Numbered from the stretch's first letter, positions 1-12,480 are shown. The stretch: DNA of 32,000 bases from Saccharolobus solfataricus (GCF_900079115.1 NZ_LT549890.1:1320001-1352000), one strand, 5' to 3'. Made by a program: numbers and translations. The notes: generated from the sequence alone by a model not told the origin.

Positions 1-1032
<1,032 letters not shown>

Positions 1033-1351
1033 TTATATGAGAAAAAAAGTTAAAATTTTTTATTAGCTTTCACGATAACGATTACAACAGTTATTTGGTA
1101 AGAGCTGATGTATATAATCTTTTTGTATTTATGCATATATGATAAAACTTATTCTTAATTCTCAGATAAACGATTTTCATTATATTGGCGGTTATTAATT
1201 GGGAAAACAAACGTGCTTAAAAAGCTGTTTAAAAAGATAATGGTGCCTTAAAATGAAAAATTTATAATTGAAGTCGGAATAGTAGTAAACGATTATTTAC
1301 GTGATGTAACGGTTTTATGAAAGTAAAGAGATAAAGAGAAAACCGGTTAAG

Positions 1352-1596
1352 TTCGTTTTCATGAAGTTGTTTAAAAGTGTGAAAGTTCGAGTCTCAATGC
1401 GACCGAAACGAATCTTTCTATAATAATTGAACGTTTATAAATGATAGGGTGTATTTCAATTTAACATAAAATCCTTGCGACCAGAAATTGTTAAATTAAT
1501 TACAACTAAAATTGGTCGCATGAAGAGTAAAGGGTAGTCATGAAGATTTATAAGTAAGAAAAGAGAAAGAAAGATAGGAAGTATAAAAACACAACA
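1352..1596 (+). promoter_or_regulatory. CRISPR leader of array A
   Basis: AT-rich non-coding DNA abuts the first repeat. It is the near-exact reverse complement of 27730..27975, which abuts array B. A TATA-like GTATAAAAAC lies about 12-20 nt before the first repeat. Confidence 0.8.
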
Positions 1597-4500
1597 GATT
1601 AATCCCAAAAGGAATTGAAAGGCAGATATTTCAGTAGATATTCTGCTAAGTGTTACTCCTCGATTAATCCCAAAAGGAATTGAAAGATTTCATATTCAAT
1701 TGCTTTCTCAGTGTCGCAACCTAACTTGATTAATCCCAAAAGGAATTGAAAGTTTTTGTATACCCTAAATCAAATAATATTAATGCAGTTGATTAATCCC
1801 AAAAGGAATTGAAAGTTTGCAAAATTAAGCGCTTTCTCTATCAGCTCAGTTGGGATTAATCCCAAAAGGAATTGAAAGATCTTCTGGCGCATCGCCAAGC
1901 TTAGGCAGAGCTAGAGATTAATCCCAAAAGGAATTGAAAGCCCAATCTTTCAATTGCATTTGGCAAAATCCTAGCCGATTAATCCCAAAAGGAATTGAAA
2001 GATAATGAGTATAGTTAATGAGCGCATCAAGAACAATTATAGGATTAATCCCAAAAGGAATTGAAAGATTTATAACAAAAAATTATTGATAAAGGATGAT
2101 CTCTCGATTAATCCCAAAAGGAATTGAAAGTTAGTTTGTTGATCATTATTATTTTGTGATTGTTTGTCGGATTAATCCCAAAAGGAATTGAAAGTTCATT
2201 TCGCAGCAACTTCAATAGTTATTGAAGGACATGATTAATCCCAAAAGGAATTGAAAGTTCATCTACCAAGAGGCGGTGCTTATGAGTTAGAGGTTCGATT
2301 AATCCCAAAAGGAATTGAAAGGCCTTTTCCAATAAACACCGCATTCTGTTTTAACTTATTGATTAATCCCAAAAGGAATTGAAAGGTTATAGAACATGGC
2401 GAAATGCACAAACTGCATTACCAGATTAATCCCAAAAGGAATTGAAAGTTCAATATATCATCAGGATTCATTTTTACAATTTTAGATTAATCCCAAAAGG
2501 AATTGAAAGGAAGAAGAGAATAATTATCAAACTCTTGCAAACAATATAAGATTAATCCCAAAAGGAATTGAAAGTAATATATTGATGCTATATGTCCAAG
2601 TTAAAAATAGCGATTAATCCCAAAAGGAATTGAAAGATTCTGCTCACCCGCCAGAGGTACACCATTTTTCTAGATTAATCCCAAAAGGAATTGAAAGAAT
2701 AGGTCTTGAATCCAGACTTTTCCATTTTCATATAAGGATTAATCCCAAAAGGAATTGAAAGTACACTACTATCCTGCCTTGCTTAGATACTGCTATGATT
2801 AATCCCAAAAGGAATTGAAAGAGTGTTGGAGGAAACCAAACAATCGACATCAGAGGTGATTAATCCCAAAAGGAATTGAAAGAACCTTACTGGGCAGTTA
2901 TATGCGTATGAACAGCTGTTTGATTAATCCCAAAAGGAATTGAAAGTTAATAGATCAAGTGCTCTATATTCATAATATTTGCCGATTAATCCCAAAAGGA
3001 ATTGAAAGATCAATTATTGCATTTTCAATTATTGAATAATCAATTGAGATTAATCCCAAAAGGAATTGAAAGTTAACTAGATTTTCTATTGCTCTCCTTA
3101 TGGCTTCACTTCTGGATTAATCCCAAAAGGAATTGAAAGCATCTTTTTCCGTCGCTTTATATCACCTATGGACTCTTCAGATTAATCCCAAAAGGAATTG
3201 AAAGACCATACCCAACTTCTAACAACGTCGTTCTTAACAACGGATTAATCCCAAAAGGAATTGAAAGAGTAAATCAAAAAGCAAATAAGTCAGGGGTGGA
3301 GAATTCGATTAATCCCAAAAGGAATTGAAAGTAACGTTTTTAGTTATGTCGTTATCTTCTTCGTTGATTAATCCCAAAAGGAATTGAAAGTTGTAGTTTG
3401 AATGCGAAACCATTTGCTAAGATATTGATAATGGATTAATCCCAAAAGGAATTGAAAGCGTTATCACAGTTATATTTCTTCTTTAAAATATCATATGATT
3501 AATCCCAAAAGGAATTGAAAGTTATCCAGACATTAAGCATGTTGTCGTAGAGGTAGCTGGATTAATCCCAAAAGGAATTGAAAGTACTTTTCCATCTTGA
3601 GGTATTGCGTTTAGTTGCACTGATTAATCCCAAAAGGAATTGAAAGTCTGTCAGTAGCACAAATAATTTTGTTCTCATAAATAGTGATTAATCCCAAAAG
3701 GAATTGAAAGCGCCCATAGGACGGGATTTAGATTTCTTGTAGGATTTGTTTGATTAATCCCAAAAGGAATTGAAAGGTAAGGGGGCTATCCATCCCCGCC
3801 CGTGAGGCTTTCCGCCCGATTAATCCCAAAAGGAATTGAAAGTGAATCGTTATGGGCTTAGTTAATTCCGTAGTTAAACCGATTAATCCCAAAAGGAATT
3901 GAAAGAACTTAAAGTTGTTATACGTCATTGGAATAACATTCATTGATTAATCCCAAAAGGAATTGAAAGTTTACGATATTCACGTCGACAGATACCCTTA
4001 CTGCTGATCGATTAATCCCAAAAGGAATTGAAAGATAGAATTGCATCAGACAGCTTTCATACCTCCGCATCTGATTAATCCCAAAAGGAATTGAAAGATA
4101 TCCAACGCTTGAAGTAATATTTGAATGTCAATACTTTGATTAATCCCAAAAGGAATTGAAAGATGCATTCCACCTCTGTTTCTTCCTCTTTACGCATTTC
4201 TGATTAATCCCAAAAGGAATTGAAAGCTCTATATTCTACTATCCTCCCTCTCTGCTCTGGCGGATTAATCCCAAAAGGAATTGAAAGATCTCTGATTTCT
4301 CAGTTCTCTAATTCCGAATACTACATGATTAATCCCAAAAGGAATTGAAAGTAAAACTGCTCAAAAATGCTAGAATTATAATTATGGCTATGGATTAATC
4401 CCAAAAGGAATTGAAAGATAATTATTCAAGATGCGATATTGTTTCAAATTTTGATTAATCCCAAAAGGAATTGAAAGAAACAACGCAGCAAAAACGAAGA

Positions 4501-6952
4501 AGATAACGACATAAGATTAATCCCAAAAGGAATTGAAAGGCAAGGGGTAGACCCGCGACCTGTGGGGCACGCACCCGATTAATCCCAAAAGGAATTGAAA
4601 GATGTGTCCGTTCGGTGCGATGTATATTTGTACGTCTTTTGATTAATCCCAAAAGGAATTGAAAGTTATATTACGATAAAAGTGCCAGATATGGTTGTTG
4701 GCATTGATTAATCCCAAAAGGAATTGAAAGCCCACCAGAAAAAAAGAAGGGTGGGGGGCAAGGGCCCCGGGATTAATCCCAAAAGGAATTGAAAGGCATA
4801 TATTATTGGCTGAGGTAAGGTCGGCATATCTGTCGGATTAATCCCAAAAGGAATTGAAAGCCATCCAAGCCTTGATTTGATATTCCTTTTAATGTCTGCG
4901 ATTAATCCCAAAAGGAATTGAAAGTTCATTATCCTCAATTTTTTCTATACCCTTGTTGTTCATTGATTAATCCCAAAAGGAATTGAAAGCCCCACTGGAA
5001 TGCACCATTTCTTGCAAGTAATACATTTGATTAATCCCAAAAGGAATTGAAAGATGCAGTTTGGCCTAAAGGAATATATACGTTAATGTCTGCGATTAAT
5101 CCCAAAAGGAATTGAAAGCCATTATTCGGCACTGCATTTAATTGAAGCACTATACTGATTAATCCCAAAAGGAATTGAAAGAATATTTTGAATATTTGTA
5201 CACCCATATGAAAAACGCAGGATTAATCCCAAAAGGAATTGAAAGTATCTCTTATTCGTAAGGGTTAAAACAAAATTATCTTGATTAATCCCAAAAGGAA
5301 TTGAAAGTATATTGATGAGTCGAAGAATCTGATGAAGAACTTCCTTGGATTAATCCCAAAAGGAATTGAAAGTTTTTATTTAAGAACACTGATGGAAAGA
5401 TCTATAGGATTAATCCCAAAAGGAATTGAAAGACCCATATTGAAGAGTTTGAGCATAAAAATGATTCTAGATTAATCCCAAAAGGAATTGAAAGTTCTCA
5501 ATTGCCTTTCCCACGATAACCTCAATCCAGTAGGATTAATCCCAAAAGGAATTGAAAGGAACGAACATGGTAAGCCCTGAGGACCTTGAAAACGATGGAT
5601 TAATCCCAAAAGGAATTGAAAGCTCAGCAGATTTAAACTAACGATATTAATTGTACACACTGGATTAATCCCAAAAGGAATTGAAAGTTAAGTTGTTTTG
5701 CTCTATTTAAAACAAAAATAATCCAAGATTAATCCCAAAAGGAATTGAAAGCAAGTGCAATAGCAAACTACTACTAAATATAACATATATGATTAATCCC
5801 AAAAGGAATTGAAAGCTATATGGGGTCAGGGTGGAACTAAAATCGTGGCTTTAGATTAATCCCAAAAGGAATTGAAAGCTTACTTAAGCCTAATATCTCC
5901 GCAACTTCATCAATAGTGATTAATCCCAAAAGGAATTGAAAGGAACTCTCTATTGCTGACGAACTAAGAGAAAATTGTTTCAAGATTAATCCCAAAAGGA
6001 ATTGAAAGTCTAACAATGAATCTGTCATAAAGTGCCCGCAACTCTTGATTAATCCCAAAAGGAATTGAAAGAGATTATCAATCAAGTGATAGAGATATTG
6101 CAATTTTGATTAATCCCAAAAGGAATTGAAAGTGTTAGATACGGCAAGGCAAAGATTACAAACAAGGATGTGATTAATCCCAAAAGGAATTGAAAGAAAA
6201 TGGTGCTTATCGCTATTAGGTAGTCGGCGTTGTTTGATTAATCCCAAAAGGAATTGAAAGACTACTCTTACTTTTTGCATTCCTTTTGGAGTAGGCGATT
6301 AATCCCAAAAGGAATTGAAAGTATTTACGTGCATAAAGAACATACCTCCAGCGCCTCCTCGATTAATCCCAAAAGGAATTGAAAGTCGTAAACTTGAAAC
6401 TGACCCGTATATCCGAATTTACGATTAATCCCAAAAGGAATTGAAAGGTATTATTCTCATAATAGGAACCGCCCTAGTGTATGCTAGATTAATCCCAAAA
6501 GGAATTGAAAGCGTGATTACATGGAACATTACTTTTCCACCGAATATTGATTAATCCCAAAAGGAATTGAAAGTTTATGTTTTCGAGTTCTTCTGGTCTT
6601 AACATCACTCTAGATTAATCCCAAAAGGAATTGAAAGGTCAGTTATACGCTACATATGAAAAGATAAATGAAGGATTAATCCCAAAAGGAATTGAAAGAT
6701 CTCTCTTAGTTTTGTCAAAGCTTCTGACCCGCTCCTGATTAATCCCAAAAGGAATTGAAAGTCTATCTTTATTGTTACAACTTTTGCATACGACATAATT
6801 TGATTAATCCCAAAAGGAATTGAAAGTCCTCTATCATCTCCTTTAAGCACTGTGTAATCTCACTTGATTAATCCCAAAAGGAATTGAAAGTAATACTGCA
6901 GTAACGGTACAAGTCATTGACAGCGCTGATTAATCCCAAAAGGAATTGAAAG
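1597..6952 (+). CRISPR. CRISPR array A: 85 identical 25-bp repeats GATTAATCCCAAAAGGAATTGAAAG with 84 spacers of 34-43 nt
   Basis: I counted repeat starts one by one, from 1597, 1662, 1728 ... to 6866, 6928. The strand is assigned from the repeat ending in ATTGAAAG (the 8-nt crRNA 5' handle of Sulfolobus Cas6 products) and from the leader lying on the left side. Confidence 0.97.
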
Positions 6953-7450
6953 ATATGGTATTCAGTAAATTCATGCTATAGTCAATTTCTTAGTAAGTGC
7001 GAAGAGAAATAGCTTTTGTCTATACAAAGAATACCAGTTAAATCCCTTAACCCACTTATTTCCAACATTCCCCATTTAATAGCCCTTTTTATTTCTTTGC
7101 AATTATTACGAAAAAGACTATATTTGCAAGTGCTCAAATGTTTCACGTCAAGAATCCGCAACTAACCCGTTCCCTAAGAACTAAGTATATTTTACACTTC
7201 TTTAAACTAATGGCTTACCATTGTTTGATGATGTGCATATCAAGTTATGATAAATCTTATAATGAGAATTCCAGCAAATTAAAAGAAGGCATTACATGCC
7301 TCGCCTCTAACAGACCTGAGTTCGCAACTGTAGGAAGGAATTTTGAGGGAAGTGAGGATATGGAAACAATATGTTTCCTTTTTGGCTACGTTACGATGAG
7401 AGTTACTTGAGATAAAAGAGTTATTAGTTTGCATTGTCTATCTATATAAT

Positions 7451-8326
7451 GTGTTCTTTACTCATTCAGATATGCTGTTGCTTTCAAAGAGGATAAAGAA
7501 GTTACCTAAGAACGTGGATGAGGAGCTGAGGGGATGGAATTGGAGCGAACCACCAGTTTACACTAGGTCCCTTTCACAGGTATCAATTTCCGAAATGGTT
7601 TACTGTAGTACTCTGAGGAACGTTTACCTTAAGGTAAAGGGCTTTAGGGGAGAAATAGGTAGGCAAATACTTCAAGGTTCACTTATCCACACGATTTACG
7701 CTATTGGCATTGAAGCAATCAAACGTTTTATTTATTCAAGGGAAAGCATTGATGGGAGTACTCTGAGAACGCTAATGGGAGATGAGTTTTACTCCCTACT
7801 TAAGGACTTAAGGGAGGAAGAGGGGATTTACGCAAAGGTCTTATGGGATCACATTACGAACATTTATTCAGCTGAACTGGATAGGGTTAGGAGTAAGTTC
7901 ACTAACTTAACTAGGGATTCCTTGGTCTCCCAAGTTGTGCCGTTTTACGTTGAGTTTCCAGTTGATGGTTCCCTTCTGGGCTTGACCAATTTAAGGGTCG
8001 ACGCCTTTATCCCTCACCTTCCCCTAATAGCGGAAATGAAGACTGGGAAATACAGATACACTCACGAGTTGTCCCTTGCAGGATACGCTTTGGCAATTGA
8101 GAGCCAGTACGAGATACCCATTGATTTTGGTTACTTGTGTTATGTTACTGTGACTGAAAAGGAGGTTAAGAATAACTGCAAGCTGATTCCCATTTCAGAT
8201 TCCTTGAGGAGTGAGTTCTTGGACATGAGGGATAAGGCTCAAGACATAATGGATAAGGGTGTGGATCCTGGGATAGCTAAGGATTGTGAGAGTGATTGCA
8301 TGTTTTATAAGGTTTGTCACCCTTAA
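7451..8326 (+). CDS. csa1: Csa1 (Cas4-like RecB-fold nuclease of type I-A adaptation modules)
   Basis: The ORF is 291 aa. RecB-type motifs are VDAF...IAEMK (D...ExK) and a Q..Y segment (ESQYE). Cys residues fit a 4Fe-4S cluster: an N-terminal YCS plus a C-terminal CESDCMFYKVC. The size and its position next to cas4 fit Csa1. The start could be GTG 7451 or ATG 7472. Confidence 0.7.
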   Translation: MFFTHSDMLLLSKRIKKLPKNVDEELRGWNWSEPPVYTRSLSQVSISEMVYCSTLRNVYLKVKGFRGEIGRQILQGSLIHTIYAIGIEAIKRFIYSRESIDGSTLRTLMGDEFYSLLKDLREEEGIYAKVLWDHITNIYSAELDRVRSKFTNLTRDSLVSQVVPFYVEFPVDGSLLGLTNLRVDAFIPHLPLIAEMKTGKYRYTHELSLAGYALAIESQYEIPIDFGYLCYVTVTEKEVKNNCKLIPISDSLRSEFLDMRDKAQDIMDKGVDPGIAKDCESDCMFYKVCHP

Positions 8327-8333
8327 TGTATTA

Positions 8334-8891
8334 ATGACAATAAGTGGGATTACGATAAAGCACTTCGCCTATTGTCCTCAAATAGTTAGGATAGAGAGCA
8401 TGGGGTTCACTGAGAGAGTGAGCGAGGCCATGATTGAGGGGGAACAAGTCGAGAAAGATAAGGTTATGAACTTCCTTTACGCTACGTTAAAACCGTTGAA
8501 TGTTGTGGGAAAACCGATCTTTAGGTATGGGGACTTGATCGGTTCACCGGACTACGTTTTGATTTACCCAAATCACTGGGTTCCACTTGACGTTAAGAGT
8601 GGGAGGAAGAGGTATGATCACAAGTTGCAAATGAAGTATTACCTTTACTTAATGGACATGAATGGGATTAACGTGAAGGAGGGGTTACTGTATTACGTTA
8701 GCCTTAAGGAAATGGTTAGGTTAGAGTACAATTACGCTGAGAAGAGGTATGTGGAGAAGGTTTTGAGTAAGATAAGGGAAGCCATAAACGGTAAGGTGAG
8801 GGTTGTTCAAGACGCGAGGAAGTGCTATAATTGTGGATTTTTCGTCTATTGTAAACCTAAAATAAAGGGAAATTTAGCTTATGTTGATTGA
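8334..8891 (+). CDS. cas4: Cas4 (RecB-like exonuclease with Fe-S cluster)
   Basis: MTISGITIKHFAYCPQ... carries the N-terminal Cys. PLDVKSG supplies the D/K motif, QMKYYLY is the QxxxY motif, and the C-terminal CYNCGFFVYC is CxxCx5C. I place the start at ATG 8334 (185 aa) rather than the track start at 8286, which overlaps the end of csa1. Confidence 0.85.
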   Translation: MTISGITIKHFAYCPQIVRIESMGFTERVSEAMIEGEQVEKDKVMNFLYATLKPLNVVGKPIFRYGDLIGSPDYVLIYPNHWVPLDVKSGRKRYDHKLQMKYYLYLMDMNGINVKEGLLYYVSLKEMVRLEYNYAEKRYVEKVLSKIREAINGKVRVVQDARKCYNCGFFVYCKPKIKGNLAYVD

Positions 8892-9114
8892 GAAAAAGCA
8901 TACTAAAACGTATTAGCATTTGAAGATATATACATACTAAGCAGATTGTTGATAGGAAAGGAATATTATTGGGTAAAACTGGTTTTTGAATAATATGCAA
9001 AAGCCTTCTTCTCTTTATTATGCTAACCTTTTCAAGTATTGTGATAAGCATTCAACCACTTAGGTAGCTTATACGAAAAGGGGATGAGCGTTAATAGGTA
9101 TAAGTTATACTTCG

Positions 9115-9630
9115 TCAGACTTTAAAGGGCAAGAAAACTTCACTCAGTATTGACGTCCAAGGTTCACCGCACCTCTTCACACTATACGTAAGGTCATTTA
9201 CTCTCTTGGATATGGAGCGTAGGAACCTCGTTGCATCCCACATTAAGGTCTCGAAGTCCGTGTAAATCTTCGAGTAGAGCCTTTTCTTGAGGACTGCCCA
9301 CGGCCCCTCCGCCGGACTCTTATCCGGAGAGTAAGGCGGCAGATAAACAAACTCCACCCCATTTTCCTCAAGGAATTCCCTCACTTCATTACCGTGTATT
9401 CTAGCATTATCCATCACTATCACGGTCTTCTCGTCCTTTATTACCTTCCTCAAGTAGAGTATAATATCTTTTGAGTTCAGCGAGGGCTTCTTGTATGTCG
9501 AATAGGAGAAAGTTATTCCCTCTTTACTAATCGTTATCCCGCCTACTACTGCAAACCTCTTCCTCTTAGGGTTGACCTTTATCCCTCCTCCGACCTTCAT
9601 CCAGCCTTTACCCTTGTTTATGTAGGACAC
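9115..9630 (-). CDS. IS630-family transposase, DDE catalytic part (OrfB)
   Basis: The frame is open upstream of the annotated start and reads KIREGYKVHIFDESYVSY... (first D). VIVMDNARIH carries the second D and YLPPYSPDKSPAEGPWAVLKKR carries the E. This is the Tc1/IS630 DD(35)E pattern. Confidence 0.8.
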   Translation of the reverse strand: MSYINKGKGWMKVGGGIKVNPKRKRFAVVGGITISKEGITFSYSTYKKPSLNSKDIILYLRKVIKDEKTVIVMDNARIHGNEVREFLEENGVEFVYLPPYSPDKSPAEGPWAVLKKRLYSKIYTDFETLMWDATRFLRSISKRVNDLTYSVKRCGEPWTSILSEVFLPFKV

Positions 9631-9668
9631 GTACGACTCATCGAAGATGTGTACCTTGTACCCTTCTC

Positions 9669-10127
9669 TTATTTTTTAAAAAGCTTCTCCCCTTGTTCCT
9701 TCACCCACCTTTCTACAGCGTTATCGTCTCTAACGTAAGTTCTCTTTCCTTTCTTGTACTTGAAGCCTAACTTCTTGAGGACTGGGCTTAAACTCCTCGG
9801 GTTGTACTTTATCCCAAATTCCTTGTCAAGTATATACGCTATGAGCTTCAAGGTCCAGAAATCGTAGTTCAAGCCGAAATCTCTTGGGCTCTTTTCTAAG
9901 ATTCGGACGAGCTTTTCCTCGTCCTTCAGTTTCGTGGGTCCCTTCCTCGGCTTAGCGCTCAGGTCACCTTTCCTCAACCACTTGTACACGGTAAAGATGG
10001 AGACGTCATACTTCTTGGCAACGTCCTTTATACTCATCCCGTTCCTCACATCTTTTACAGCGTTAATCCTCCTCTCTTCCTCTTGTTTCTTGTTGAGCCT
10101 TATACCGTGCATTCTGGATTTCGGCAT
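9669..10127 (-). CDS. IS630-family transposase, N-terminal HTH part (OrfA)
   Basis: The ORF is 152 aa with HTH-like segments (MSIKDVAKKYDVSIFTVYKWLRKG). It ends at a TAA immediately after an A6 run. Confidence 0.8.
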   Translation of the reverse strand: MPKSRMHGIRLNKKQEEERRINAVKDVRNGMSIKDVAKKYDVSIFTVYKWLRKGDLSAKPRKGPTKLKDEEKLVRILEKSPRDFGLNYDFWTLKLIAYILDKEFGIKYNPRSLSPVLKKLGFKYKKGKRTYVRDDNAVERWVKEQGEKLFKK

Positions 10128-10461
10128 AACAATTTAGTATTACTCATGAAATATAAATCTTGCTCTTTAAAGTCTGACGAAGTATAAGATGTAGTGAAAC
10201 AAGTAGAGGAAGAAACAAGGATCCAAATTTGTAAAATTAATTAAATTTCAGTAATCCCATTTGAGAGTTGACAACAACTTTGTTAATTCAGTATAAAAAT
10301 CATGTAAAGTATAAGTTTAGTTTCAATTCATCATGTAGTTTCTTCATGAATAAGATGTATATATTACAATTTTAATCTGAATTAAAAATTTTTATTGTAT
10401 AGTTAAAGTGTCTAAAGGAAGAAGAGTTTAAGATAATTTTAAATGAGTTTCAAATAAATGA

Positions 10462-11800
<1,339 letters not shown>

Positions 11801-11810
11801 CTACAGTATC

Positions 11811-11816
11811 TTTTTT
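11811..11816 (+). terminator. T6 run, a possible archaeal intrinsic terminator after the protease gene
   Basis: TTTTTT lies 11 nt after the stop codon at 11798..11800. Oligo-T tracts act as archaeal terminators. Confidence 0.3.
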
Positions 11817-11906
11817 GAGTATTTCTAGAAAGCTGAGGATTAGAGATGTTTCTTAGTGTTGTCATTGAGCTATTCATATTTCTATTTAGAATATAAGGCA
11901 TACAAA

Positions 11907-11998
11907 ACTAGTGCTTTCAGAAAGTTTATAGCTTTAGGCAAAGGATATACCACCAGATCATAGTCTAAGAACTTTTCCAAAATACTAACGTTATTTTG
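11907..11998 (+). mobile_element. MITE, family 2 (~81-90 bp), copy 1
   Basis: About 90 nt are near-identical to 30936..31026 in the same orientation, with only 2-3 differences. The imperfect terminal inverted repeats are CTAGTGCTTTCAGAAAGTT and AACTTTTCCAAAATACTAA. It has no coding capacity. Confidence 0.7.
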
Positions 11999-12250
11999 CA
12001 ACTACTATTTGTAGAGATTTCCCTTGTTTAATAAGTTTATACCCTAATGACGACACTATCTTCACACTTGCCCATTTTTAGTAATTTCATTTAAAAAAGA
12101 TATGTGAAGAAGTTGAATGAACCCCGACGTATCTCGGTAGACCCAAAATCATTTTACAAAAAATAATTTTGGTTGGGTAATATCAGATTCTGAAAAATAA
12201 TAGAATTTATAGCTTTAACAAGAACGCAACTAATTGAAGAAAGATTTAAG

Positions 12251-12480
12251 GTGAGGAAGCCGGTATTATCACGTGGTGAAGACAAGGTGATAACACCTGG
12301 TCTTCCCCACCAAAATAATATACAACAAGTAGGGTATAAATTACTTTCCATGTTGAGCTTCAAGGGAAGAAAGGCTGAGGAGGTATCGAGAGTTCTGGTC
12401 TCCGCGTGCTTGTGGAACGACTCCGTGGAAAGCAAGTCCAAAGGGTATAACGTGTCACCACAGACCGTGAGGAACTACGT
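12251..12480 (+). pseudogene. N-terminal fragment of the outer-IS transposase, cut by the nested IS
   Basis: The ORF reads MRKPVLSRGEDKV...SPQTVRNYV and then runs into the nested element's terminal repeat. It joins in frame to 13713 onward if 12481..13712 is removed. Confidence 0.75.

Larger units (their letters stand above)
9106..10186 (-). mobile_element. IS630-family insertion sequence, ISC1078-like by size
   Basis: The terminal inverted repeats are TATACTTCGTCAGACTTTAAAG at 9106..9127 and its reverse complement ending at 10186. If the outermost TA on each side is the TA target duplication typical of IS630, the element is 9108..10184 (1077 bp). It encodes a two-part DDE transposase. Confidence 0.85.

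Noticed and set aside
4889-5093. Two array A spacers share the same 11-nt 3' end, TTAATGTCTGC (4889..4899 and 5083..5093)
   Set aside because: The match is short and AT-rich, and the rest of the two spacers is unrelated. It could reflect related protospacers, but it is too weak to interpret without database searches.
3728-6850. Many 60-90-aa ORFs in the track inside array A, with recurring peptides FQFLLGLI and LSIPFGIN
   Set aside because: These recurring peptides are simply translations of the CRISPR repeat in different frames. The ORFs exist only because the spacers happen to lack stops, so they are not genes.
7138-7410. A 90-aa ORF between the array A trailer and csa1
   Set aside because: It has no recognisable motif, its composition is typical of AT-rich intergenic DNA, and it sits in the expected csa1 promoter region. 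I cannot exclude a small protein, but I see no support for one.
8286-8333. The longer cas4 start at 8286 given in the ORF track
   Set aside because: It overlaps the last 41 nt of csa1 and adds a hydrophobic, non-conserved leader. ATG 8334 gives the canonical Cas4 N-terminus with the YCPQ cysteine.
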